In this document: positions 17,727 through 27,792 of the stretch, in pieces
Numbering within the stretch: the first letter of the stretch is position 1
Layout: each line of letters starts with the position of its first letter
Assembly: GCA_964352335.1 (NCBI GenBank)
Contig: CAYGRO010000003.1
Span: 24,798 to 88,797, forward strand
Reading direction: 5' to 3'
Length of the DNA: 64,000 nucleotides
Source: an uncultured Gammaproteobacteria bacterium
GTDB lineage: Bacteria; Patescibacteriota; Patescibacteriia; VMEV01; CAYQCH01
Notes under the pieces: model-generated
What the model saw: the letters and a program-made list of their open reading frames with translations, nothing else
Told to the model about the DNA's origin: nothing
Database searches by the model: none
Position numbers and translations under genes: made by a program

Positions 17727-20459
17727 ATGACATTTTTTATACTTCTTCCCACTTCCACAAGGACAAGCATCATTTCTTCCTACTTTTTCAAAGTCATGCC
17801 CACCTGAATCGTGGTTTTGTTCTTTAGACGCTTCTCCAACAACGGCACCACCGGCAGAAGTTTTAGCAGGAGCAGAGAGAATTCCTCCTCCAGCTTGTTC
17901 AAGAATAGATTTTTGATCTTGTAATTGGGCTCGTACTTTAAAGATTGAGTACACAACCGTTTTTTGAATTTCTTTAAGCAAACCATTAAAGATTCTAAAC
18001 CCTTCTTTTTTATATTCCACCAATGGATCTCGTTGACCATACCCACGTAAACCAATACTCCCTCGTAAGGCATCCATGGTTTCTAAATGACCAACCCAAA
18101 GGTTATCGATTGTTCGGAGTAATAATTGTTTTTCTACATCTCTAAAGGCGCCTTCTTCGCCAACGGTTTCTTCTAGATGTTTTTCTACTTGAACGTAGAT
18201 AGCTTCTGCAATCCCATACAAATACGCGACTAATTTTTGTGCAATTTCATTCAGCACAATAGCTGATTCTGTTTTTTCTGGATTTGGCAATGCTTTGATT
18301 TTATCTATAGATAATTGTTGTTCTGCAGATAATGGATACATGGTTAAAACTGTTTCGTAAATTTCTTTTAGATTCCAGTTTGATGGATCATTATCTTGTG
18401 TATGCGCAGAAACAACGTCTTCTAGTTCCATGCGAATCATTTCTAAAACACGATTACGAGTAATTTCTGGTTTTTCTTGTGCATCGAGCAAAATTTCTCG
18501 GCGTTTTGCATAAATAACGGTCCGTTGTTTATTTAATACATCGTCGTATTGCACAACATGTTTACGGATATCGTAATTATTTGTTTCTACCCGTTTTTGC
18601 GCTTCTGTTAATGACCGAGAAACCATTTTATTTTCGATTGGCATATCTTCTGGAAGTTTGAGCGTTTCCATCATTTTACGCATACGGTCAGAAGCAAAAA
18701 TACGCATTAATTCGTCTTCCATAGACACATAAAACTGAGACATCCCAGGATCTCCTTGTCGCCCTGCACGTCCACGAAGCTGGTTATCGATACGTCGAGA
18801 TTCATGTCGTTCTGTCCCAATTACATGTAAACCACCAAGAGCTAAAACTTCTTTTTCTGTTAACTCATCTTTTGGCGCACCACCTAAAATAATGTCTACA
18901 CCACGACCTGCCATATTCGTAGCAATCGTCACAGAACCTGGTTTACCAGCTTGTGAAATAATAGAAGCTTCTCGTTCATGGTTTTTTGCATTCAACATTT
19001 CAAAAGGAATCCCTTCTTTCGTTAACAAACCAGAAAGCAATTCGTTTTTTTCAATAGAAGCTGTACCAACCAAAACTGGTTTCTTTTCTTCATGAAGCCG
19101 TTTAATTTCTTTTACAACAGCATTATATTTTCCAACCTCATTTTTATAAACACGGTCAACTTTATCGTCTCTTTGAATTGGTTTATTGGTTGGAATCACG
19201 GTTGTTTCTAAACCATAAATTTGTCTAAACTCTTCTGCCTCTGTCACAGCAGTACCTGTCATTCCTCCTAGTTTTTCGTAGATTCTAAAATAATTTTGGA
19301 AAGTAATCGTCGCAAGCGTTTTACTTTCTCTTTGGATTTGTACATTTTCTTTGGCTTCAATTGCTTGGTGCAAACCTTGAGAATAGCGTCGTCCTTCCAT
19401 TAAACGACCAGTGAATTCATCTACAATTAATACTTCTCCATTGCGAACAACATAATCTTTATCCTTTTTAAAGAGAGATTCTGCTCGTAAAGCATTTTCT
19501 AAATGGTGAATAGATTTAATACTTTTTTGTACATACAAATTCTCTACACCTAATGATTTTTCTACCTTTGCAATACCAGCCTCCGTTAAAGATGCAGCCC
19601 TTCGTTTTTCGTCTAGATTATAGTCTGTATCTTTAATCAATGTTTTAGCAATTTTAGCAAAGGTATAATATTCATCTGTAGACTCGGCATCTGGGGCGGA
19701 AATAATTAAAGGAGTTCTCGCTTCATCAATTAAAATACTGTCTACTTCGTCGACAATGGCATAAGATAAATCTCTTTGTACCATTCGCTCTGCTGTTGGA
19801 GCCATATTGTCACGCAAGTAGTCAAAACCAAATTCATTATTGGTTCCATAGGTTACATCAGCATTATAAGCTTCCTTTCGTTCACATTTTTTTAAATAAA
19901 CCTCTTCTATTTCTACTCCTTGATCTCTTACTTCATCGTCAGCTTCTGTCGCTCCATCTTCTGAATAAATATATGCTTGCGCATGCCCGATTGCCCCAAC
20001 CGTCATTCCTAGTTTTGCAAAAATTTGTCCCATCCATTCAGCATCACGTTTTGCCAAGTAATCATTGACAGTAACAAGGTGAACACCTTTTCCTGTAAGC
20101 GCATTTAAGTAAACAGGCGATGTTGAAGTTAATGTTTTTCCTTCCCCTGTTCTCATTTCGGCTACTTCTCCACGATGCAAAACAATCCCACCAACAAGCT
20201 GAACGTCATAATGACGTTGACCAAGCGTTCGTTTAGCAGCTTCCCGAACGGTTGCAAAAGCTTCTGGGAGTAGATCATCTAATGTTTCACCCTTTGCTAA
20301 ACGTTCTTTAAACTCTACAGTCTTTCCTTTTAATTGTTCATCAGAAAGAGCAATAAAATCTGGTTCGAGACCATTAATTTTATCGATAGTTGGTTGTAAT
20401 TTTTTAACGTATTTTTTATTAACATCTCCAACAAATACTTTTTCTAGTAATTTCTTCAT
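17718..20459 (-). CDS. secA: Preprotein translocase ATPase SecA
   Basis: 913 aa with DEAD-motor motifs and the C-terminal zinc-binding tail CPCGSGKKYKKCHG. Confidence 0.95.
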   Translation of the reverse strand: MKKLLEKVFVGDVNKKYVKKLQPTIDKINGLEPDFIALSDEQLKGKTVEFKERLAKGETLDDLLPEAFATVREAAKRTLGQRHYDVQLVGGIVLHRGEVAEMRTGEGKTLTSTSPVYLNALTGKGVHLVTVNDYLAKRDAEWMGQIFAKLGMTVGAIGHAQAYIYSEDGATEADDEVRDQGVEIEEVYLKKCERKEAYNADVTYGTNNEFGFDYLRDNMAPTAERMVQRDLSYAIVDEVDSILIDEARTPLIISAPDAESTDEYYTFAKIAKTLIKDTDYNLDEKRRAASLTEAGIAKVEKSLGVENLYVQKSIKSIHHLENALRAESLFKKDKDYVVRNGEVLIVDEFTGRLMEGRRYSQGLHQAIEAKENVQIQRESKTLATITFQNYFRIYEKLGGMTGTAVTEAEEFRQIYGLETTVIPTNKPIQRDDKVDRVYKNEVGKYNAVVKEIKRLHEEKKPVLVGTASIEKNELLSGLLTKEGIPFEMLNAKNHEREASIISQAGKPGSVTIATNMAGRGVDIILGGAPKDELTEKEVLALGGLHVIGTERHESRRIDNQLRGRAGRQGDPGMSQFYVSMEDELMRIFASDRMRKMMETLKLPEDMPIENKMVSRSLTEAQKRVETNNYDIRKHVVQYDDVLNKQRTVIYAKRREILLDAQEKPEITRNRVLEMIRMELEDVVSAHTQDNDPSNWNLKEIYETVLTMYPLSAEQQLSIDKIKALPNPEKTESAIVLNEIAQKLVAYLYGIAEAIYVQVEKHLEETVGEEGAFRDVEKQLLLRTIDNLWVGHLETMDALRGSIGLRGYGQRDPLVEYKKEGFRIFNGLLKEIQKTVVYSIFKVRAQLQDQKSILEQAGGGILSAPAKTSAGGAVVGEASKEQNHDSGGHDFEKVGRNDACPCGSGKKYKKCHGG

Positions 20460-20502
20460 AAATAGGGTTGGTCGATAAAGACTGAGTTTATGGATTTAGT
20501 GT

Positions 20503-20590
20503 GATGCCAATCTACGAATGCATTCTAATCTGCGAATAATGACAAATCTACGAATAGCTTATTCGTAGATTCGTTTACATTTGTAGATTC
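20503..20590. promoter_or_regulatory. Cluster of AATCTACGAAT motif copies upstream of secA, including a 12-bp perfect inverted repeat separated by 3 nt (aatctacgaata-gct-tattcgtagatt, 20545-20571)
   Basis: Read directly from the sequence. It shares the 29-mer GATTAG(A/T)AT(G/A)CATTCG(T/C)AGATTGGCATCA with the lexA upstream region. Confidence 0.45.
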
Positions 20591-20684
20591 AAGTAAATAG
20601 ACCAGCAACTGCGCTTGTTTTAAGCCAAATTAAAGTGGATTTAGTTTAGCAGAACACGGCTATTGGTTCAATTATGACCTAATT

Positions 20685-21677
20685 TTAGACAAATTGTACT
20701 TCCTCTTCTAAGTCTATACCGTAAACAGCTTTTGCTTCTTTCTTAATGATTTCGGTATATTCTTTAACGGCTTGGGCATTACCTTTTCCGGTATTTACTA
20801 AAAAGTTCGCATGTTTTTCCGAAACCTTGATCCCTTTATAGGGTTCTTTTTGTTTATACCCTAATTGTTCAATAATCCATCCAGCGGGAACTTTTCCATT
20901 TTTAATAAAATCTGGATGTTCTTTTTTAATATCAGTAAAAAATTGTTTCGTTGGTTCACCAGTACTAGCAGATGATAATTTTTCTTCACCTGGAATAAGT
21001 TCGATGTTTTTGAATAAGCACCCAGCACAAAGTTCTCCCATTGGTTGGTCGGCAAACTTTTTTTTGAGCATGTCTTTTACTCGCTGTTGTGCTTCGTCAG
21101 CATCAGCAGGCTCAAGTTCAAATGTTGCTTCTAAAACAAGTTCTTTTCCTTGAGTGTCTTTAATGGCACTTGAACGATAGCGAAAATTTAATTGATCATT
21201 CGTTCTTGTTTCAATCGTTTCGCTTGTGGCAACTTGAGCCGAAACCAATGTATCTTTTACTTCCCCACCAAATGCCCCTGCATTTCCTCGTACAGCCCCA
21301 CCAACCGTCCCTGGAACAGCAATACACCATTCTAAACCAGTTAAACCAGCTTTAGCCGTTTCTTGCGCAAGCTTTGCTAATGGCAAACCAGCTTCTGCGA
21401 TGACAGTAGACCCATTAATTTTCAAATCACGATTTCTTGGTCGGATAACAATTCCTTTGATCCCTTCATCTGGCAATAAAACATTAGCCCCTCCACCTAA
21501 AATAAAATAGGGCAAGTTATTTTTTATACAAAACTGAAATACTTCTACTAATTCTTCATTCGTTTTAGGTTCAACAAAAATTTCAGCTGGACCACCAATT
21601 TTAAAGGTTGAATATTTAGAAAGAGGTTCATTCACTTTTAAAATATCGGCAAATTGTTGTTTGAATTTTTCGTACAT
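20685..21677 (-). CDS. murB: UDP-N-acetylenolpyruvoylglucosamine reductase
   Basis: FAD-binding domain (KIGGPAEIFVEP...) and the MurB C-terminal domain. The start was trimmed to MYEKFKQ. Confidence 0.85.
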   Translation of the reverse strand: MYEKFKQQFADILKVNEPLSKYSTFKIGGPAEIFVEPKTNEELVEVFQFCIKNNLPYFILGGGANVLLPDEGIKGIVIRPRNRDLKINGSTVIAEAGLPLAKLAQETAKAGLTGLEWCIAVPGTVGGAVRGNAGAFGGEVKDTLVSAQVATSETIETRTNDQLNFRYRSSAIKDTQGKELVLEATFELEPADADEAQQRVKDMLKKKFADQPMGELCAGCLFKNIELIPGEEKLSSASTGEPTKQFFTDIKKEHPDFIKNGKVPAGWIIEQLGYKQKEPYKGIKVSEKHANFLVNTGKGNAQAVKEYTEIIKKEAKAVYGIDLEEEVQFV

Positions 21678-21687
21678 AATATTTTTG

Positions 21688-21786
21688 ACATTACCCCCTC
21701 CCAACCTCCCCCTTAGCAAAGGGGAGGAGGAATAACTTTCATGTTCTTCCCCCTCCTAGCATAGGAGGGGGCTAGGGGGTGGTAAA
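21688..21786. repeat. GC-rich palindromic intergenic repeat between the murG-murC stop and the murB start
   Basis: Contains cctcccccttagcaaaggggaggagg and ccccctcctagcataggaggggg ctagggggtggta. It is a near-copy of the 17625-17726 element. Confidence 0.55.
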
Positions 21787-21789
21787 AGA

Positions 21790-24288
21790 TCATCCTAATT
21801 CCTCTGCTAATCGATAAATATCTCCTGCGCCCATCATTAAGACCACATCATTGGGCTCGATAAGTGAATTTAACGCTGTTTTTGTTTCTTGTAAAGAACC
21901 AGAGGCAATCACTTTTGGACAACGACCACGCTTTTTAATGGCATCTACAAGCATTTGAGCATTCATTTCTTCTTTGGTAATTGTTTCTCGGCCTGCAACA
22001 GCATGAATATCTGGAATAACGGTGACATCAGCAAGGTCAAATGAAGCAACAAAATCATCAAATAATGCTTGAGTTCTATGTCTTGTATGCGCTTGAAAAA
22101 CAGCAATCAACCGTTGACCAGGATAAAATTCTTTTGCTCCTTTAATTGTGGCATGAACCGCTGTTGGGTGGTGAGCATAATCACTAATAATCACAGCTTG
22201 TTTATATTGCCCCAGAATTTGAAACCGTCGCCATGTTCCTTTAAAGCTAGATAAAGCATCACAAATTTCTTGTGGCTTATGCCCGACAATGGATAAAGCA
22301 ACAGCAATAGATGCTAATGCATTTTCAATATTAAATGTTCCTGGCAGTGGAAATGAGCAAGTCGCAACTTTGTCATTATATTGATAAAGAGATAATTCTT
22401 GTTTCTGATCTTTTACCACTACTTCTTTTAACCATAAGTCATTCTCTTTTTTAGACGAGAAAGCGAAAATATTTTTTCCTGATAAATCTAGTTTTTTTGT
22501 TTGTGTATCTTCATCGTTTATTACAAGAAGCCCGTCCTCTGGTAATTTATCTACCATTTTCTGAAAAGCGGCATAATAGTTTTCTTCTGTTTTATAATAA
22601 TCTAAATGATCAGGAACAATATTTGTAATAACAAGTACATCTGGATCTATTTCTAAAAAATGTTCTTTAAACTCATCTCCTTCTACAACTAAAATATCAC
22701 TTTTCCCTGCTCTAAAATTACATTTCCAATCGTTTACAACACTTCCAACCATTGCAGAAGGGTCACATCCCATTTGGATTAAGATATGTGAAATCATCGC
22801 TGTCGTTGTTGTTTTTCCTTTATTCCCTGCAACAACAATCGTATGATAATCCTTTGATAATTGCCCAACCACTTGAAAATTAGTCATCATTTTTATCCCT
22901 AGCTCTTTTGCTTTTACAAGCTCTGGATTATCTAATGGAATAGCATCATTATAGACAATAAGATCAATATCTTCTGTCACATTAGTTGATTCATGCCCCT
23001 TAAGCACAATTGCTCCAGCTTGAGCTAATTGATCTGTAATCATATTTTGTGACAAATCTGAACCTGAAACAACTTTATGATGATGCAAAAAGAAATAGGC
23101 AATATACGAAATACCAATCCCACCAATACCAACGAAATGAACTTTTTTAATGGTTGAAAGATCTAATTGTTTATTCACTTCTTCTTGCTCTTCTCCTTCT
23201 TCAATCGCTTCCACCTTTTGATGAGAAAGTGTTTCTACAATGATATTTGCAATTTTGCTACTAGCTTCTTTTTGATAAAAACTATGAATTTTCTTTCCAT
23301 ATTCTGCTAATTTTTCTTTATCTGAAATAATTTTTTTCAATTGAGCCGCAAATAATTGAGGACTCAATGAGGTTTGATCTAAAATATGAGCTGCTTTTTC
23401 ATTCCATAAAATCTCTGCATTATCTTCTTGATGAGAATTTGGAATTGGAATAATAACAGCAGGTTTTTTTAAGGCTGATAATTCTAAAAAGGTCCCAAGC
23501 CCACCCCGTGTAACAACAAGGTCTGCTTTATCATAGGCTTCTGCCATTTCATCTGTTAAAAATTCTTTTTGTCTATAATTATCTGCTTGAATAGTATTTC
23601 CTTTATCTTTTCCTGTGATATGAATAATATTGGCAAATTTTGTCAGCTCCTCTAACCCCCCCCAAACAAATTCATTCAATGCCTGTGCCCCTGTTCCACC
23701 ACCAAAAATGAATAGAACGGGAAGATTATTATCAAAAGTAAAAGCAGTTGTTATTGGGGTAAAAATTTCTTGTCGTACAGGACCACCTGTTACCGTTGTT
23801 TTTCCTTTTTTATAATCTTGCTCAGAAGCAGGAAAAGTCACACTAATCGTTTTGGCGAATGGAGACATTAATTTATTTGCCAAACCTGGACGGATATCTA
23901 ATTGATGTATATGACTTGGAATTTTTTTAAGCCAGGCCATCCAAACCAATGGAACAGCAATAAAGCCACCAGCGGTAATAATCGCATTTGGTTTTAATTC
24001 ATTCAGTAATTTCCATGCCTTAATACAAGCGTAAATAAGTAAAAATGGCGAAACAATATTTCGTAGGCTAAAAAAACGATCCAACTTAACCATTGGTAAT
24101 GTATAAAAACTAATCTGCTTTTGTGCTATTAATTTTCTTTCTGGACCATTTTTTGTCCCTACCCAAAGATAAGACCACTTAGAATATGATGACTTAAGCT
24201 CTTCGTATACAGCTAAAAGCGGTGTTACAGGACCAATTGTTCCACCACCTGCAAATAGAATTGTTTTTTTATCTTCATTCATAAGCAA
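21790..24288 (-). CDS. murG-murC: Fused MurG (N-terminal glycosyltransferase) and MurC (C-terminal UDP-N-acetylmuramate--L-alanine ligase) protein
   Basis: Residues ~1-360 carry the MurG glycine-rich loop (FAGGGTIGPVTP) and GT-B fold. Residues ~375-832 carry MurC motifs (HFVGIGGIGISYIA...; VAGNKGKTTTTAMISHIL). Confidence 0.85.
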   Translation of the reverse strand: MLMNEDKKTILFAGGGTIGPVTPLLAVYEELKSSYSKWSYLWVGTKNGPERKLIAQKQISFYTLPMVKLDRFFSLRNIVSPFLLIYACIKAWKLLNELKPNAIITAGGFIAVPLVWMAWLKKIPSHIHQLDIRPGLANKLMSPFAKTISVTFPASEQDYKKGKTTVTGGPVRQEIFTPITTAFTFDNNLPVLFIFGGGTGAQALNEFVWGGLEELTKFANIIHITGKDKGNTIQADNYRQKEFLTDEMAEAYDKADLVVTRGGLGTFLELSALKKPAVIIPIPNSHQEDNAEILWNEKAAHILDQTSLSPQLFAAQLKKIISDKEKLAEYGKKIHSFYQKEASSKIANIIVETLSHQKVEAIEEGEEQEEVNKQLDLSTIKKVHFVGIGGIGISYIAYFFLHHHKVVSGSDLSQNMITDQLAQAGAIVLKGHESTNVTEDIDLIVYNDAIPLDNPELVKAKELGIKMMTNFQVVGQLSKDYHTIVVAGNKGKTTTTAMISHILIQMGCDPSAMVGSVVNDWKCNFRAGKSDILVVEGDEFKEHFLEIDPDVLVITNIVPDHLDYYKTEENYYAAFQKMVDKLPEDGLLVINDEDTQTKKLDLSGKNIFAFSSKKENDLWLKEVVVKDQKQELSLYQYNDKVATCSFPLPGTFNIENALASIAVALSIVGHKPQEICDALSSFKGTWRRFQILGQYKQAVIISDYAHHPTAVHATIKGAKEFYPGQRLIAVFQAHTRHRTQALFDDFVASFDLADVTVIPDIHAVAGRETITKEEMNAQMLVDAIKKRGRCPKVIASGSLQETKTALNSLIEPNDVVLMMGAGDIYRLAEELG

Positions 24289-24293
24289 AATGA

Positions 24294-25469
24294 TTAAGCC
24301 ACAGACTCTTTCACCTGATTAAATCTTCGTACAATACGTCGCCCTCGCTCTTTTTTACTTTGTGTTTTGGTCATTTGCCGGGAAATATTAATAACAATAC
24401 CAATGGCAGCAAATAAAACAACGAGCGATGAACTTCCATAACTAACAAATGGTAATGGTAAACCGGTAATTGGGAGCAATCCAACCATAGCAGAAATATT
24501 TACAAAACTTTGAAAACCTATCCAACTCATAATTCCTGCGGCAAGTAATTTCCCAAATTGATCTGGAGCTTGCCGAGCAATATGATATCCGCGAAAAATA
24601 AGTGCAAGCATTGAAAGTAAAACAATGACAACGACAATAAATCCTAGTTCTTCTGCAATAATAGCAAAAATAGAATCTCCAATAACTTCTGGTAAATATA
24701 AATGTTTCTGCCTTGAATACCCAAATCCTAAACCGAATAACCCACCAGAACCAATCGCTAATAAAGCTTGGTTAATATGATACCCAATTCCTTGTGGATC
24801 TAATTGAGGGTGTAAAAATACGGTAAATCGAGCAGCTCTATAGGGTGCAATTTTAATCAAAACAGCTAAACCAGCAATCCCTATTAAACCTAAACTTACT
24901 AAATGTTTAATACTTGCACCTGCAACAAAATACACCATTAAAGCAATCATTACGATAATAGACATTGTTCCTACATCTGGCTGTAGGAAAATAAGGAGCA
25001 TAATAATGCTAAGTGACATTAAAAAAGGTATTAATCCTTCAGAAAAATCTTTTAACACTTTTGTATCTCGTCGCTCTAACCATGCAGCTAAATAAATAAT
25101 GAATGCAAGTTTCACAATTTCTGATGGCTGGAATGTAAAGAAACCTAGATCGATCCAACTTCTTGCCCCACCAAAACTTGCTCCCAATGGAGTAAAAACG
25201 GCTAAAAGCAATAGAATAGAAAAGACGAAAATAGGAAAAGCAATTTTTTTAAATAATTTATAATCAACAAAACTTAAAATGGCACAAAAAATTAATCCAG
25301 GTAAAAATCCATTTAATAGCTGATGTTTTACATAATACAAACTATCCCCAAAGCGTTGAAACGCCACCGCATTTGAAGCGGAAGAAAGCATTACCACACC
25401 AAAAATTGCGACAAAGGCAAAAAGACCTAAAAACAAATAATCTGGTGCATGATATTTCGCTCTTCGCAT
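24294..25469 (-). CDS. ftsW: FtsW/RodA/SpoVE-family peptidoglycan glycosyltransferase (SEDS)
   Basis: 391-aa polytopic membrane protein with conserved SEDS-family segments, located within the mur cluster. Confidence 0.8.
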   Translation of the reverse strand: MRRAKYHAPDYLFLGLFAFVAIFGVVMLSSASNAVAFQRFGDSLYYVKHQLLNGFLPGLIFCAILSFVDYKLFKKIAFPIFVFSILLLLAVFTPLGASFGGARSWIDLGFFTFQPSEIVKLAFIIYLAAWLERRDTKVLKDFSEGLIPFLMSLSIIMLLIFLQPDVGTMSIIVMIALMVYFVAGASIKHLVSLGLIGIAGLAVLIKIAPYRAARFTVFLHPQLDPQGIGYHINQALLAIGSGGLFGLGFGYSRQKHLYLPEVIGDSIFAIIAEELGFIVVVIVLLSMLALIFRGYHIARQAPDQFGKLLAAGIMSWIGFQSFVNISAMVGLLPITGLPLPFVSYGSSSLVVLFAAIGIVINISRQMTKTQSKKERGRRIVRRFNQVKESVA

Positions 25470-25479
25470 AAAAAATTAT

Positions 25480-26898
25480 CTAAGCATGGTGAGAAAGCGT
25501 TTTTTTAAGATCTATAATCGCTTGATCAAATTGATCTCCACGATCAAATTCATTATTAAATAAACCGAAACTGGCGAACCCAGGAGATAGCAATATAACA
25601 TCTCCTGCATCTGCTCGAACAAAAGCTTGTTTAACAGCTTGCTCCATACTTTCTGCGTCTCCATAATCAATATCATCCATCATCATGGTTTTGATTTTGT
25701 CTGTTCCTGAACCTGGTAGCCATATAATTGATTTGACCCCACCCAAGGCTGAAACAAAACCTTCTAACGGTAATTCTTTATCATATCCGCCTGCAATGAG
25801 AATCACTTTTCTTGAGTCCACAGATTTTAATGCAGCTTCTGCCGCCACAGGAGTTGTTGAAGTTGTATCATTAATAAAAGTAACCCCTTTTATTTCGTCA
25901 ATAAACTTGAGCCTACCATCTAAAGAAGCAAATGAGCCCATTTGTTGCCGAGCAGGATCTAGAGTATCTACAAGTTGATCAACAGTGGCGATCGCTGCGA
26001 GAATATTTGCATAATTATGCTCCCCCCTTAATGGTGCCTCATCTACACTTGAAATTTTTTCTCCATTTTTTACAATATCTCTCCCTTGTAAATAATAGCC
26101 TTTTTCTAATTGTTTTTCTGTAGAAAACCATTGAACTGGGGCTATTGTTTTCTCACCAATTACCTTTGTATACTCATTACTCGCATTCGTAATTAAAATA
26201 TCATCTTCCTTTTGATGGTTAGTAATTACTGCTTTTACATCTGCATATATTTGCATATCTCCATCATATCGATTCAAATGATCTGGTAAAACATTTAATA
26301 ACACAGCTATATGAGGACTCATCTTTTTTAGATTCAGGTATTCCAACATGAAATTAGATAATTCTAAAACAACAAAATCATCTTTTTTCATTTTATCTAA
26401 CATTTCTAATGGTGAACCTTTCGCAATATTTCCACCAACCCAAACCTTTTGTTTATAACCCTCTAGTAAATGGCCAATAAGCGCGGTTGTCGTACTTTTT
26501 CCTCTTGTACCAGTAATACCAATTATCTTTGCTGGACAGCGATCAAAAAACAAGGTCATTTCATGCTCAATAGGAATATTGTTTTCTAAGGCGAGCTGAA
26601 TCCATTTTGATGTAACTGGAATCGCTTGATTTGGTACAAGCAGATCACAATCTAAAATATCTACTTCTCTATGCTCACCCATAACCCAAGTTATTGTTCC
26701 TTGGTATTTTTTTTCTTCGATATAGTCTTTAACTCGCTTTACTTGAACAGATAGTTCTTCTTCTGTTTGTAAATCTGAAATAACTAAATCAGCGCCTTGT
26801 CTAATAAAAAATTTCACGGCAGCTAATCCGCTTCCGTGCTCGTATCGGCCTAAGCCTAAAATAGTTATTTTTTTTCCTTTCCAGTTGAGTTCTTTCAT
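25480..26898 (-). CDS. murD: UDP-N-acetylmuramoylalanine--D-glutamate ligase
   Basis: N-terminal ILGLGRYEHGSGLAAVKFF and Mur ligase P-loop GITGTRGKSTTTALIGHLL. The start was trimmed to MKELNW. Confidence 0.85.
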   Translation of the reverse strand: MKELNWKGKKITILGLGRYEHGSGLAAVKFFIRQGADLVISDLQTEEELSVQVKRVKDYIEEKKYQGTITWVMGEHREVDILDCDLLVPNQAIPVTSKWIQLALENNIPIEHEMTLFFDRCPAKIIGITGTRGKSTTTALIGHLLEGYKQKVWVGGNIAKGSPLEMLDKMKKDDFVVLELSNFMLEYLNLKKMSPHIAVLLNVLPDHLNRYDGDMQIYADVKAVITNHQKEDDILITNASNEYTKVIGEKTIAPVQWFSTEKQLEKGYYLQGRDIVKNGEKISSVDEAPLRGEHNYANILAAIATVDQLVDTLDPARQQMGSFASLDGRLKFIDEIKGVTFINDTTSTTPVAAEAALKSVDSRKVILIAGGYDKELPLEGFVSALGGVKSIIWLPGSGTDKIKTMMMDDIDYGDAESMEQAVKQAFVRADAGDVILLSPGFASFGLFNNEFDRGDQFDQAIIDLKKTLSHHA

Positions 26899-26956
26899 AT
26901 GCCAATCATAGCAAAAAAACGACTTCTCCCATACCCTTTTTTTCAACAGCATACCT

Positions 26957-27730
26957 CTATTTCAAAGAAAGGTAAGACCAAATCAATTTAGCTAATTCAT
27001 CTGGACTCCTTCGATAAGAAGCATAGTGATTATTTTCAAATGTACAGATGGAAGACAATTCAATATTTTGCTCTAAAACCCCCATTTTTAAAGCGAGTAC
27101 TTTATTTGCACAAGGTAAATCAAGGCTTATTTTGTCACCTTGTTTCTCTAAAACGACTTTATCCTCATCATTGAACAAACGATTGAATCGATCTTTTCTG
27201 TCATCAGTAACGGTAGAAATATCGTAACATTGGCCACAAATGGAAGGACCAATGACCATAAAAAGCTCTGATGACTCAGAATTGTATTCATCTTTCATTG
27301 TCTTTACCACCTCTTGTACAATGTTTTTACTCGTACCGCTCCACCCTGCATGGGCCAAACCTATCGCAAAATTTTTCGGGTCATAGAAAAAAATTGGCAC
27401 ACAATCTGCCGACTTAATAACAAGAGAAAGACCTGGCTGATTTGTTACCAAAGCATCAGCTTTGGGTAAATCATCTTCTTTTAAAAAGATATTCCCCTTT
27501 TGCCCTTCATTTATGACTAGCACATTATTATCATGCACTTGGTCTAGAACGAATGTCTTTTCTTCATCTGCTGAAATAGCTTTTAGTACTTCATTTCTAT
27601 TTTCTATCACATCAGAATCAGCTACCCCGCTTTCAAAACGAAGTACACCAAATGATTTTGATGTACTCCCATGAGAAAGATTTGAAAATTGTGACAGGAG
27701 TTTTGATTGCCAGATTAAATCACTCTTCAT
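26957..27730 (-). CDS. pgeF: YfiH/PgeF-family (DUF152, laccase-domain) protein
   Basis: Contains the H-x-G-W motif (GLAHAGWSG) and the C-terminal Cys pair (CGQCYD). Confidence 0.6.
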   Translation of the reverse strand: MKSDLIWQSKLLSQFSNLSHGSTSKSFGVLRFESGVADSDVIENRNEVLKAISADEEKTFVLDQVHDNNVLVINEGQKGNIFLKEDDLPKADALVTNQPGLSLVIKSADCVPIFFYDPKNFAIGLAHAGWSGTSKNIVQEVVKTMKDEYNSESSELFMVIGPSICGQCYDISTVTDDRKDRFNRLFNDEDKVVLEKQGDKISLDLPCANKVLALKMGVLEQNIELSSICTFENNHYASYRRSPDELAKLIWSYLSLK

Positions 27731-27792
27731 AAATCCGTGCTCATTAGTTAATACAGTCTTTATATCAAATTCATCAATGATTAGGAAACTAA

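Noticed and set aside
17780-20068. Internal and antisense small ORFs within secA (17780..18073, 18892..19095, 19796..20068), and similar ones inside murG-murC, murD, dnaX and the suf genes
   Set aside because: They are fully nested in strongly supported long CDSs, with no independent signals.
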